Source: Vitrella brassicaformis CCMP3155
Lineage: Eukaryota > Protista > Chromerida
Length of the DNA stretch: 64,000 nt
NCBI GenBank assembly: GCA_001179505.1
Contig: CDMY01000185.1
Location: forward strand, 1-64,000
Direction: 5' to 3'
A program made the position numbers and the translations under genes. Below are positions 48,466 through 59,400 of the stretch, in pieces (within the stretch, counting starts at the first letter, position 1; each line of letters opens with the position of its first letter). The notes under the pieces were generated by a model. The model did no database searches. It was not told the origin of the DNA and saw nothing but the letters and a program-made list of their open reading frames with translations.

Positions 48466-51087
48466 CACCTCTAAGCTCGCAAACCCTAATACTTTCGCTT
48501 TGGAGGCTTTTTCCCATTGCAGGGGGCCACAGGGGCGGCTGGTGATGTGCTCATCTAAACCCTAGTCATCACATCATTCAATTGAGGATATCAGCGGATG
48601 TCCATCCGATTCGATGCATCCAACGACACATGCAGAACAGACCGCCACTTCAACCCATCACTGCACTTTGCAGTCCTGGCTGTGTTTGCCGTCGGCAGGG
48701 CGGCTGTCGCCCCCCGTCTGCGATGAATCAGATGCCCCGCTACCCTCATCCTCTCCCACAGCCGCATGTCCCTCTCCCGCTACTGCCGGATCCTGGCCGC
48801 CCCGCTCGCCAGTCCCGTCAAGAGCGGCTTCCTTCTCCTGCCTCTCTGCTGCGGCCTGCTTGGCGGCGGCCTCCTCTGCTTCTTGTCTGCGCCTCTCCTC
48901 CAGCAGCTCCTCAGCACGACGGACAATACGATCGATGTCGCCCTCTGACAAACACACGCCATAGACACACACACAAGTGAATAAATGCATGAGGGGCGAC
49001 CGCCTCTCTCTCTCTCTCTCTCTCCCTCTGTGTGTGTGTGTGTGTGTGTGTGTGTNNNNNNNNNNNNNNNNNNNNNNNNNNNNNNNNNNNNNNNNNNNNN
49101 NNNNNNNNNNNNNNNNNNNNNNNNNNNNNNNNNNNNNNNNNNNNNNNNNNNNNNNNNNNNNNNNNNNNNNNNNNNNNNNNNNNNNNNNNNNNNNNNNNNN
49201 NNNNNNNNNNNNNNNNNNNNNNNNNNNNNNNNNNNNNNNNNNNNNNNNNNNNNNNNNNNNNNNNNNNNNNNNNNNNNNNNNNNNNNNNNNNNNNNNNNNN
49301 NNNNNNNNNNNNNNNNNNNNNNNNNNNNNNNNNNNNNNNNNNNNNNNNNNNNNNNGGAAGCGGGTCATGCACTCGGTGGGCTTGTCGGGCTGCTGCTGCT
49401 GCTGCTGCTGCTCGAGGTAGGTCCGCTTGTCCTTCTTGACGGCACAGAAGGCCCGCAGCGTCTCGTACGACCTCGCCAGGTCGGTGTTCTTCTCTGTCAG
49501 CTCGTCTCTCTCCCTGGTGAGCTCCTCCTTGGCTGTGCGGAGGGTCTCGAGGTGCTGCTGCAGCTCCCCCGAGTAGGACCCTGCGCCCGCCCGGATGCGG
49601 CCGTGGAGCTTCTTGTTCTCGTCATTGACACGCTGGAACGCACTGCGCAAGTTGCGGTTCTCACGCTGATAAATAGATGGATGCAGGGATGAATGAGATC
49701 ACACAGACACACACGTGTGTGTATGTGTGTGTCAGTCAGTCAGTCAGTCAACGGACCTCCACTTTTTCGATTCGTTCGGTGAGTGGCTCGGTGCCGGCCT
49801 CCATGGTCTGCAGGCGGGTCTCCTGCCGAGCCTTGATCTTCTCCATGGCCTCTATCCTGCACACACAACACAGACAGACGCATGACATTCACAAGTCTGT
49901 CTGTGGTGCGCCGGTCGGTGTTCTTGTGGCAGCTGACTGACTTTGCGCGGCAGTGGCTCATTTCCATCTGAAGGTCGGCGGCCGTCTGCTTCAGGCGGGC
50001 GCACTCACTCTCAGCTATGTCACGCTGGACACACACACACAGACCATACACGCCATCTGATCTGTTGACGGTGGCTTGGTTGGTTCGTATGTGCGTACCT
50101 TTCTGCTCTCTTCCTTGAGGCTGTTTGCGAGTCCGTCGATCCGCTCTCTAAGCGCCTGTCTCTCCCTCTGGTGCCGCTCCTCCACCTTGTGCATCTCGTC
50201 CTCCTTGTCGGCCTTCAAGCGCTGACAACACGAATGCACACAGCCACACAGCCACACACAAATACACACACCATCCATCCATGTGTGTGCGGGCGGACAG
50301 ATGGGGAGGGTTCTTGCCTTGTAGAGTTGGCCCTGTTCCGTCTTGGCGAGTATGGCGCACTGCTGCTCCAGCTGCCGCACACGCCACCTCAGCTGCCGCG
50401 CCACATCACCATCCACACCACCACCCTCCCCCTCCCCGCCCTCGCCCCCCTCTGCACCATCCTCACTGCTGTCAATGTCGTACTCGGTGTTGACGCCACA
50501 CTCAACGGACGTGTCCTCCTCCCCACCCACACACACATCCGCAGTGGCCGTCGGCTCCGTCGCCACGGCAGTGTCGAGCAGCACTTTGTCGGTGCGTGCG
50601 CGGAGGGCCGCCCGTGTCTCTGCCAACTGGCTCTGTGTGTCGGTGAGAGTGGCCTGGAGCCGCGTCTTGTCCTCCTCGCCGGTGCCGAGGTCCGTGTGGA
50701 GCTCGCGGATGTCTTGCTGGGCCTGGGAGAGGTCGTGGGAGCTGCTGTGGAGACATGCAGTCAGCTCGGCGATCAGCCCGCCATGGTGAGACCGCTCGGA
50801 AGCAACCTGAGACATCAAGAGCGTTTTGTAAATGTTGTTGGGTGCGCGTTGGTCGGTTGTGCGCACCTGATGCGCGTGCAGGTCGGCGTCGAGGCTGATG
50901 ATGTCGATGTAGGCCTGATGGAGAGGGCCCGCCAACGCACTCGACTGCAGCGAAAGATAACGAACGAGTAGGCAAGATGCTCAGCTCCGTTCTAGATGCA
51001 CGTGTGCCTACCTGGTCTAACAGCTCGTATAGCTGTGCGTCCAGCTGGCCGATCCTGCCCGCCAGAGACTCCGCCAACTCTGCCACA

Positions 51088-51118
<31 letters not shown>

Positions 51119-51334
51119 TAGGCGGGCAGCGCGTCAACAGTGCAATTGGTGGGTGGAATATGTCGCAACGCACCGACCTGGCTATCATCCTGCTCCTCCG
51201 AGATGCTGCTGATGAGGTCCTCCTCAAGCGCACTCACGTGCCTCACCAGCCGCTCGCGGTCCTCCCTCCCCCACACGAGCTCCCTCTCCATCCCCCTGAT
51301 GTCCCTCTCCAGCTTCGCCACGCGAGCCCTCTCG
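48466..51334 (-). repeat. Segmental duplicate of 52853-55490 (kinesin 3' exons, 3' UTR and downstream promoter); 5'-truncated kinesin tail copy
   Basis: Near-identical sequence and the same ORFs (48658-49650 vs 53059-53820; 50015-50935 vs the 3' part of 54185-55990). Confidence 0.95.
49056..49355. other. Assembly gap (300 N) inside the duplicate; the paralogous copy implies only about 70 bp are missing
   Basis: Flanks match about 53456 and 53529 in the other copy. Confidence 0.9.
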
Positions 51335-51355
51335 CCACACAACACAACACCCCCC

Positions 51356-51703
51356 GCCACACACGTGTGTGTGTGTGCAGCTACTCGACAGCCACGCACC
51401 CTCCCTGTCTATGAGTGTGTGTGTGTGCAGACACTCGACAGCCACGCACCCCCTCGCCACACACGTGTGTGTGTGTGCAGCTACTCGACAGCCACGCACC
51501 CCCCCGCCACACACGTGTGGGTGTGTGCAGCTACTCGACAGCCACGCACCCTCCCTGTCTATGAGTGTGTGTGTGTGCAGACACTCGACAGCCACGCACC
51601 CCCTCGCCACACACGCCACGCACCCCCCCGCCACACACGTGTGTGTGTGTGCAGCTACTCGACAGCCACGCATCCCCCCGCCACACACGTGTGTGTGTGC
51701 AGC
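51356..51703. repeat. Complex minisatellite (units GCCACACACGTGTGTGTGTGTGCAGCTACTCGACAGCCACGCACCC and variants) at the duplication breakpoint
   Basis: About 6-7 imperfect units in two alternating types, each ending in ...CTCGACAGCCACGCA(C/T)CC. Confidence 0.9.
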
Positions 51704-52640
51704 AGAGAGGCCGGCGGAACTTTTGACGGGCAGCAGAGGGGCGGGCGGAACTTTGCTGACCGGCCGCATGCTGGAAGGGCACTTGATCTCGATTAACACC
51801 AGCCATTAATTAGATGCGGGGAGCATCGAGCCCGCACCACCACCATCACCCGCATCGCATAGATAGCACACCAGCAGCAGTGTTCGCTGGACGAACCTGA
51901 CATATATACACCCGGCCACACGAGCTCTTTCTCGGTGAGCAGGCCCATTCCACCCACCATGCTCACCTACTGATGTCGGTCCACCCAAATGCCGACATGT
52001 CTGTCACCGCCCACCAAGCACCTGCACACCAACAAGCTCAAAACACAAGCAGTGAGTGCACTCGTTGAGAACCATTGGTCGATGCAGGCAGAACCATGTG
52101 ACTGACCTTGGTTGACGCAGATCCATATGCCCTTCCCTTCCTTTAGCTAGTCAGGCGTCCGTCACGTCACTTCACGGGTGGTGCCTTCTTATCGCCAGGG
52201 GCGGCCGCGCAAGGTCCCCCGGACTCCCTCCAGATGCTCAGCCGCCATCAATCAGCTCCTTCCTTATGCCCACAGAAACAAATGTCCTCTAGAAAGTTCC
52301 GCTGTTGCTCCAAACCCACACCACCGAAAAGCCCTCTTGCTGGCGAAGAGAATGACCTGCAAAATGCCTAAGGAAAAGCATTCCTCGGAGCTGCACGTCA
52401 CACACAGCACCAAGCATTCGGAATATATGTGCCTTCCTCCTTGTGTGACGTCACCGTGAGCAGCGGCCAGCTGCAGCACAGCAAAGCCTTCATCGAGAGC
52501 AATCCTCTGACACCCTAAGGAGCCTCCGATGCTGCCACCTTCCACACACACTGGGCGGCCATCTGCGCATCCACACACACTTACGGCTCAAGCAAATGAA
52601 GGAGAGCATGTCAGGAGGCCGTGTGTTAACGAATAGTGAC

Positions 52641-52718
52641 CTTTTCGTAATGGAGACGATGGTAAGTTTGTTGTGGGTCACCAGGACGGAGGCAACAGAC
52701 TTGGCGCAATGCGCCCAT
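52641..52718 (-). CDS. Possible first coding exon of a small gene (MGALRQVCCLRPGDPQQTYHRLHYEK), downstream exons unresolved
   Basis: Polypyrimidine/GTCAG acceptor 2 nt before the ATG and a phase-0 GT donor after; lies just downstream of the duplicated telo-box region. Confidence 0.25.
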
Positions 52719-53058
52719 TTCTGACACAGACAGACACAAAAGGCACGTCAGCAGCAGATATTTGCCCTTCTGGCTGCTCCTGACTGCGTGTGTGGCCTTT
52801 CTGTGAGCCTCTCTGCTGCTGATCTGATCTTCTTTGCGCGTGCTTTCCCCTGCACCTCTAAGCTCGCAAACCCTAGACCCCAAACCCTAATACTTTCGCT
52901 TTGGAGGCTTTTTCCCATTGCAGGGGGCCACAGGGGCGGCTGGTGATGTGCTCATCTAAACCCTAGTCATCACATCATTCAATTGAGGATATCAGCGGAT
53001 GTCCATCCGATTCGATGTATCCAACGACACATGCAGAACAGACCGCCACTTCAACCCA

Positions 53059-53426
53059 TCACTGCACTTTGCAGTCCTGGCTGTGTTTGCCGTCGGCAGG
53101 GCGGCTGTCGCCCCCCGTCTGCGATGAATCAGATGCCCCGCTACCCTCATCCTCTCCCACAGCCGCATGTCCCTCTCCCGCTACTGCCGGATCCTGGCCG
53201 CCCCGCTCGCCAGTCCCGTCAAGAGCGGCTTCCTTCTCCTGCCTCTCTGCTGCGGCCTGCTTGGCGGCGGCCTCCTCTGCTTCTTGTCTGCGCCTCTCCT
53301 CCAGCAGCTCCTCAGCACGACGGACAATACGATCGATGTCGCCCTCTGACAAACACACGCCATAGACACACACACAAGTGAATAAATGCATGAGGGGCGA
53401 CCGCCTCTCTCTCTCTCTCTCTCTCC

Positions 53427-53458
<32 letters not shown>

Positions 53459-56400
53459 CTATGTGTGTGGTCACCTGTGAGGACGTAGTAGGGGTCTCTT
53501 CCCGAGCTGTCCAGCGGCCATTTGGTGCGGAAGCGGGTCATGTACTCGGTGGGCTTGTCGGGCTGCTGCTGCTGCTGCTGCTCGAGGTAGGTCCGCTTGT
53601 CCTTCTTGACGGCACAGAAGGCCCGCAGCGTCTCGTACGACCTCGCCAGGTCGGTGTTCTTCTCTGTCAGCTCGTCTCTCTCCCTGGTGAGCTCCTCCTT
53701 GGCTGTGCGGAGGGTCTCGAGGTGCTGCTGCAGCTCCCCCGAGTAGGACCCTGCGCCCGCCCGGATGCGGCCGTGGAGCTTCTTGTTCTCGTCATTGACA
53801 CGCTGGAACGCACTGCGCAAGTTGCGGTTCTCACGCTGATAAATAGATGGATGCAGGGATGAATGAGATCACACAGACACACACGTGTGTGTATGTGTGT
53901 GTCAGTCAGTCAGTCAGTCAACGGACCTCCACTTTTTCGATTCGTTCGGTGAGTGGCTCGGTGCCGGCCTCCATGGTCTGCAGGCGGGTCTCCTGCCGAG
54001 CCTTGATCTTCTCCATGGCCTCTATCCTGCACACACAACACAGACAGACGCATGACATTCACAAGTCTGTCTGTGGTGCGCCGGTCGGTGTTCTTGTGGC
54101 AGCTGACTGACTTTGCGCGGCAGTGGCTCATTTCCATCTGAAGGTCGGCGGCCGTCTGCTTCAGGCGGGCGCACTCACTCTCAGCTATGTCACGCTGGAC
54201 ACACACACACAGACCATACACGCCATCTGATCTGTTGACGGTGGCTTGGTTGGTTCGTATGTGCGTACCTTTCTGCTCTCTTCCTTGAGGCTGTTTGCGA
54301 GTCCGTCGATCCGCTCTCTAAGCGCCTGTCTCTCCCTCTGGTGCCGCTCCTCCACCTTGTGCATCTCGTCCTCCTTGTCGGCCTTCAAGCGCTGACAACA
54401 CGAATGCACACAGCCACACAGCCACACACAAATACACACACCATCCATCCATGTGTGTGCGGGCGGACAGATGGGGAGGGTTCTTGCCTTGTAGAGTTGG
54501 CCCTGTTCCGTCTTGGCGAGTATGGCGCACTGCTGCTCCAGCTGCCGCACACGCCACCTCAGCTGCCGCGCCACATCACCATCCACACCACCACCCTCCC
54601 CCTCCCCGCCCTCGCCCCCCTCTGCACCATCCTCACTGCTGTCAATGTCGTACTCGGTGTTGACGCCACACTCAACGGACGTGTCCTCCTCCCCACCCAC
54701 ACACACATCCGCAGTGGCCGTCGGCTCCGTCGCCACGGCAGTGTCGAGCAGCACTTTGTCGGTGCGTGCGCGGAGGGCCGCCCGTGTCTCTGCCAACTGG
54801 CTCTGTGTGTCGGTGAGAGTGGCCTGGAGCCGCGTCTTGTCCTCCTCGCCGGTGCCGAGGTCCGTGTGGAGCTCGCGGATGTCTTGCTGGGCCTGGGAGA
54901 GGTCGTGGGAGGTGCTGTGGAGACATGCAGTTAGCTCGGCTATCAGCTCGCCATGGTGAGACTGCTCGGAAGCAACCTGAGACATCAAGAGCGTTTTGTA
55001 AAGGTTGTAGGGAGCATGTTGGTCGGTTGTGCGCACCTGATGCGAGTGCAGGTCAGCGTCGAGGCTGATGATGTCGATGTAGGCCTGATGGAGAGGGCCC
55101 GCCAACGCACTCAACTGCAGCGAAAGATAACGAGAAGGCAAGATGCTCAGCTCCGTTCTAGATATACGTGTGCCTACCTGGTCTAACAGGTCGTATAGCT
55201 GTGCATCCAGCTGGCCGATCCTGCCCGCCAGAGACTCCGCCAACTCTGCCACATACTGCACACACACACGCACACAGACAGGCAGCACGTTCACAGTGAA
55301 ATTGGTGGGTGGAATATGTCGCAACGCACCGACCTGGCTATCATCCTGCTCCTCCGAGATGCTGCTGATGAGGTCCTCCTCAAGCGCACTCACGTGCCTC
55401 ACCAGCCGCTCGCGGTCCTCCCTCCCCCACACGAGCTCCCTCTCCATCCCCCTGATGTCCCTCTCCAGCTTCGCCACGCGAGCCCTCTCGACCCGGACAC
55501 ACTCAACGGCCTCGGCTGTGCGGCTCTCCAGCTCCTGCTTGAGCTCGAAGTTGTGGGTCTGCTCGGCCTCGTACCGCTCGAACAGCTCGTCGTACTCTTG
55601 CTTCTGACTGGCGAGGGCGTCGGCCGCCCCCTGCAGCTCCTTCCGCACGGAGTGCTCGTGTGCGGTGGCTTCCTCCAGCCGCGAGGCCATCTCGGTGAGC
55701 TGGTCGCTGCTCTGCGTGCCTTGTGTGGCGGCCTTGCGGATGTGCTCCTGGAGCCGATGGACCTCGGCGGTCAGCGACGCGCGGGCATCCTCTGCTGACT
55801 TGAGCTGCTCGGCCATCTCCATCTGATGGGCCAGGCCACAGACAGGCGAGAGCTGTGCGGTGCTGTGCGGTGTGCGTACCTTTTCTGAGTGGAGGTCTTC
55901 CAGTTCCTTCTTGGTGTCCTTTGCGGTGCGCTCAGCGTGGTGCAGACGAGACCTGAAGTCGTCACGCTCAACCTGCCAGACACGCGCCACTCACACATGT
56001 CCACACACGTCTGTGTCTCTTTCCTTGGTTCGTGCAGTGCAGTGCAGTGCAGTACAGTGCATCGCTGGCTGGATGTGTGGTGTCATCTCATTCACCTCGG
56101 CCTGTGCGAGGGCATCCTTGAGTGCGATGACGGCCCGGCCCGAGTCATCTGGCGAGTCCTTCGAGGCAGCACTCCGCAGCTGAGACTCAAGATGCTGCAC
56201 CCAGCAACACGAGACACACGATGAATGCATCCTCGTTCCTTCGTTTCGTTGTGGGCTGATTCACCTTGATGGTGTCAGCGAGTTTGTTTCTCTCTAAGGC
56301 CAGGTCCTCATTGTCACGCTCCAGACCGTCAACATCCTGCACACAAAGACAGACAAACGTGGTGAGACCCTGTAGTGCAAAAAGCCGTGCCGTGTCTCTC

Positions 56401-59400
56401 CCTTTGTGTCTGTTCGTTCGGTACGTACCCGCTGCAGCTTCTCCCTTTGCTTCTTCTCCTTCTGCAGCAGCTCCGACACATGCTCGGCATTCTCCAGGCG
56501 GGCACGCTCACTACGCAAGGCAGCCTGCACGACCAACACGCCACACCACACAAAGCAAAGAAGCACAGGGGTGTGTGTGTGTGCGTGGAGGGATGGACAG
56601 ATGGGCGAATGTGTCTGGCATTCAGATTCACCTTGTATTCGGCCTCCTTTCTTTCGATGTCGTCCTTGAGTCCCCTCAGCTCGCCACACACCCGCTCGTA
56701 GTCATCCTCCTTGCGCGCCAGGTCGCCCTCTTTCTTCTGCAGATCCAGCCGGACCGCCTTGAGCTCTTCTTCCTTGCGGTTGATGCCGTGTTTGGAGTTG
56801 TCGAGGGCCACCTGCACCTCGCCGCGGAGCTTCTCGGCCGCCTGCCGCTCGCACTCGAGCTGGTGGTTCTTGGCCGTGAGCTGGTCCAGTCGGGCCTCGA
56901 GTGACACCTTGGACGCCTCCACCTCGTGAAGCGCCTTGGAGCGCACATCCAATTGCTGACAAGGGGGAGAGGGGAACACACACACATGTTGCTGTGAGAG
57001 CGTTGGCTTGCGGCCCCTCTCTCTGTGTGTCTACCTGTGTGATGTCGTCGATTCGGAGTCGTTTGGCCTGGAGCTGCTGGCTGGTGGCCTGCAGCTGATG
57101 CTCGTGGTCTGGCACATGTGCCTGCAGCTCCTCCAGCGCAGCACGAACGCTCTCCTCGGCCATGCGGGCCACACGCACCTCCTGACGCAGCTTCTCATTC
57201 GCCTAAATGCCGCCACATGCAGAATGTCGCCGAGCAGTGACAGATGTCGCTCTCCCCCTTCGCCCCTCTCTCCCTCCCTCCCTTGCTTACCGATTCCATG
57301 TTGGACATGGCCGTTTGCAGAGTGAGTTTGTCCTTCTCTATGGCCTTCCTCTCGTCCATGAGCTCCTTGACGCGGCCCTCGAGCGACTCGAGGCGGCCGT
57401 TCTTGGTGCTCTGCGACTGGCGGCTCTTCGACACCTCTGAACGGAGATCAGCCAGCTCCTGCAGGACACACACAACGGCAGAGAGACAGATGGAGGGGCG
57501 ATGGGAGGCCTGTCGAGTGTGTTGCTGTCCCTCCCTACCTTTTCCATGGCTGTCACGGTCTCTTCGATCTTCTTGCGGTCCTCCTGCTGGCTCTCCAGGG
57601 CAGCCTCCAGCGACGCCTTCTCGTGACGCAGACCAGCAGCAGCCACAGTCGCCTTTTCAACCTCCGCCTGACACACACAAACAGAACACGGGTTTGTCAG
57701 CACACAACCAGTGGCGTGTGATTACTGACCTGGAGCGCATGCAGCTGCTGCTGGCTCAAGCTACTCGTCTGCATGGCGGATGCGATGTCGTCGGCCCGCC
57801 TCGTCCAGCGCTCCTCGTTGGCCATCTGCTGAGTGCGGAGGGCCATCAACTCGCCGTCGAGGTGAGACACGCGAGACGCCAGGTCAGACCTCTCCAACTG
57901 AGACACAAACAAAGGAAAAGGAAAAGAGACATGCAACAAACAGGAACAGGAAAGATGTGCATGCCCAGCGACCTCTAGGGTGCTTCGCTCCTCCTTGAGG
58001 CGATCCACGAGCTGAGTGGATAGCCACGGGGGACACGCAAACGTGCAGCTATGTGAGCGACCACTTCTTCTCCTTACCTGTTGTTTTTCCTGCATTTGTG
58101 TGAGCGTGAGGTCTCGCGCCTTGACGGCATTCTGCAGCTCCCTCTCCTTCTTCTCGCGCTCCGCCTTCTCCAGCTTGGCGATGCGCTCCGCAACCGCTAC
58201 CTTCTCGCTATACTGATACGTAGATGGATGGAGACATGGATTGGAGCAGAGGCGCAAACCAACACAGAACCAATTTGCCCTCCCTTGGGGCTGGCTGCGT
58301 GTAGGCGTGTGTCAGTCACTCACTCACCTCAGCGTTGGACGATCCCACGCTGTGCAGCTGCTCCTGTATGAGGGCTTTCTCGGCTTGGAGGGCCTGGATC
58401 TGCTGCTGCAGGGCCGACTCGGACTCACGCAAGCGAGACAACTCAGAGGACGTATCCTGACAGGAAAGGGGAAGCAACACCGACACACACACATGTGTGT
58501 TTCGCCATCTCTCTCGTGTACAGGGCGTATCGGCTGGCTGACCTGCGATGGGACTGGTTGGCCCCTCATGGCAGCCAGCTCTTGTTCAGCAGCGGCGAGG
58601 CTCGCCCGCAGGCTGTCCCTCTCCTGCATAATACACAACACGACACGAAACGCAGCAGCTGCTACTGACGGCCGGGAAGATGATGAGACGTAATCACCTG
58701 GCGCGCTGCATCCATCTTCTCCTCCTCTTGCCCAGCCTGAACAGACGAGTCACACGCCTGACCAACACATGAAGGTGATTCCTCCAATGTGGCTGTCCAT
58801 TTGATGTCTGTCGTTGTCTGTACCGGCGGGCGGGTGTCAGGTGTTGATGTGGGTGCAGTGGTTGTGCCGTCCTTGGCCTGTGCCTCCAGCTCTGCGATGC
58901 GTCGCAGGGCCTCGTCATGCTCTGACTCTACTGCCTTCTTGGACTCCTGCACACAATGAGATGAATGTAAGTAGATGCCTAGCCGTGGCCCTTTTCCACC
59001 TCAAGGTTGCCGTATTCGTCGAGCACTTGCCGTGCATGGTCCGCCAGGTCGTCGAGCTCGCGCTTCGCCTCGGCCTTGTCGGCCCCCAGGGCGGCCACTG
59101 CCCCCTCCAGCTCGGCAATCCGAGCACTCGCCCACACAGGCACCGATGAGTCGCCTTCGGCCCCACTATCCGTCTGCACACCTAGCTCGGACACCTGGCA
59201 GGAGAGGAGAAGCACACATTGGTTGAGACATGGATGTTGTCGCGTCAGTCACCTTTGCTTTGGTCGGTCGTCGGAGCTGTGGGGGGAGAGATGGCGTGCG
59301 GGGCGGAGACGCGGCCATTGACGACGGCAGGTCCCGCAGCCGTGACCCCTCCTGCGGTGCGCTTGGCTGTGGCTGCATCGTGCCCTCGGCGTCTCGGCGC

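Noticed and set aside
51770-51805. LIEIKCP, resembling the YqaJ/lambda-exonuclease EIKCP motif
   Set aside because: An in-frame stop lies 3 codons upstream and the other PD-(D/E)xK motifs are absent; likely coincidence
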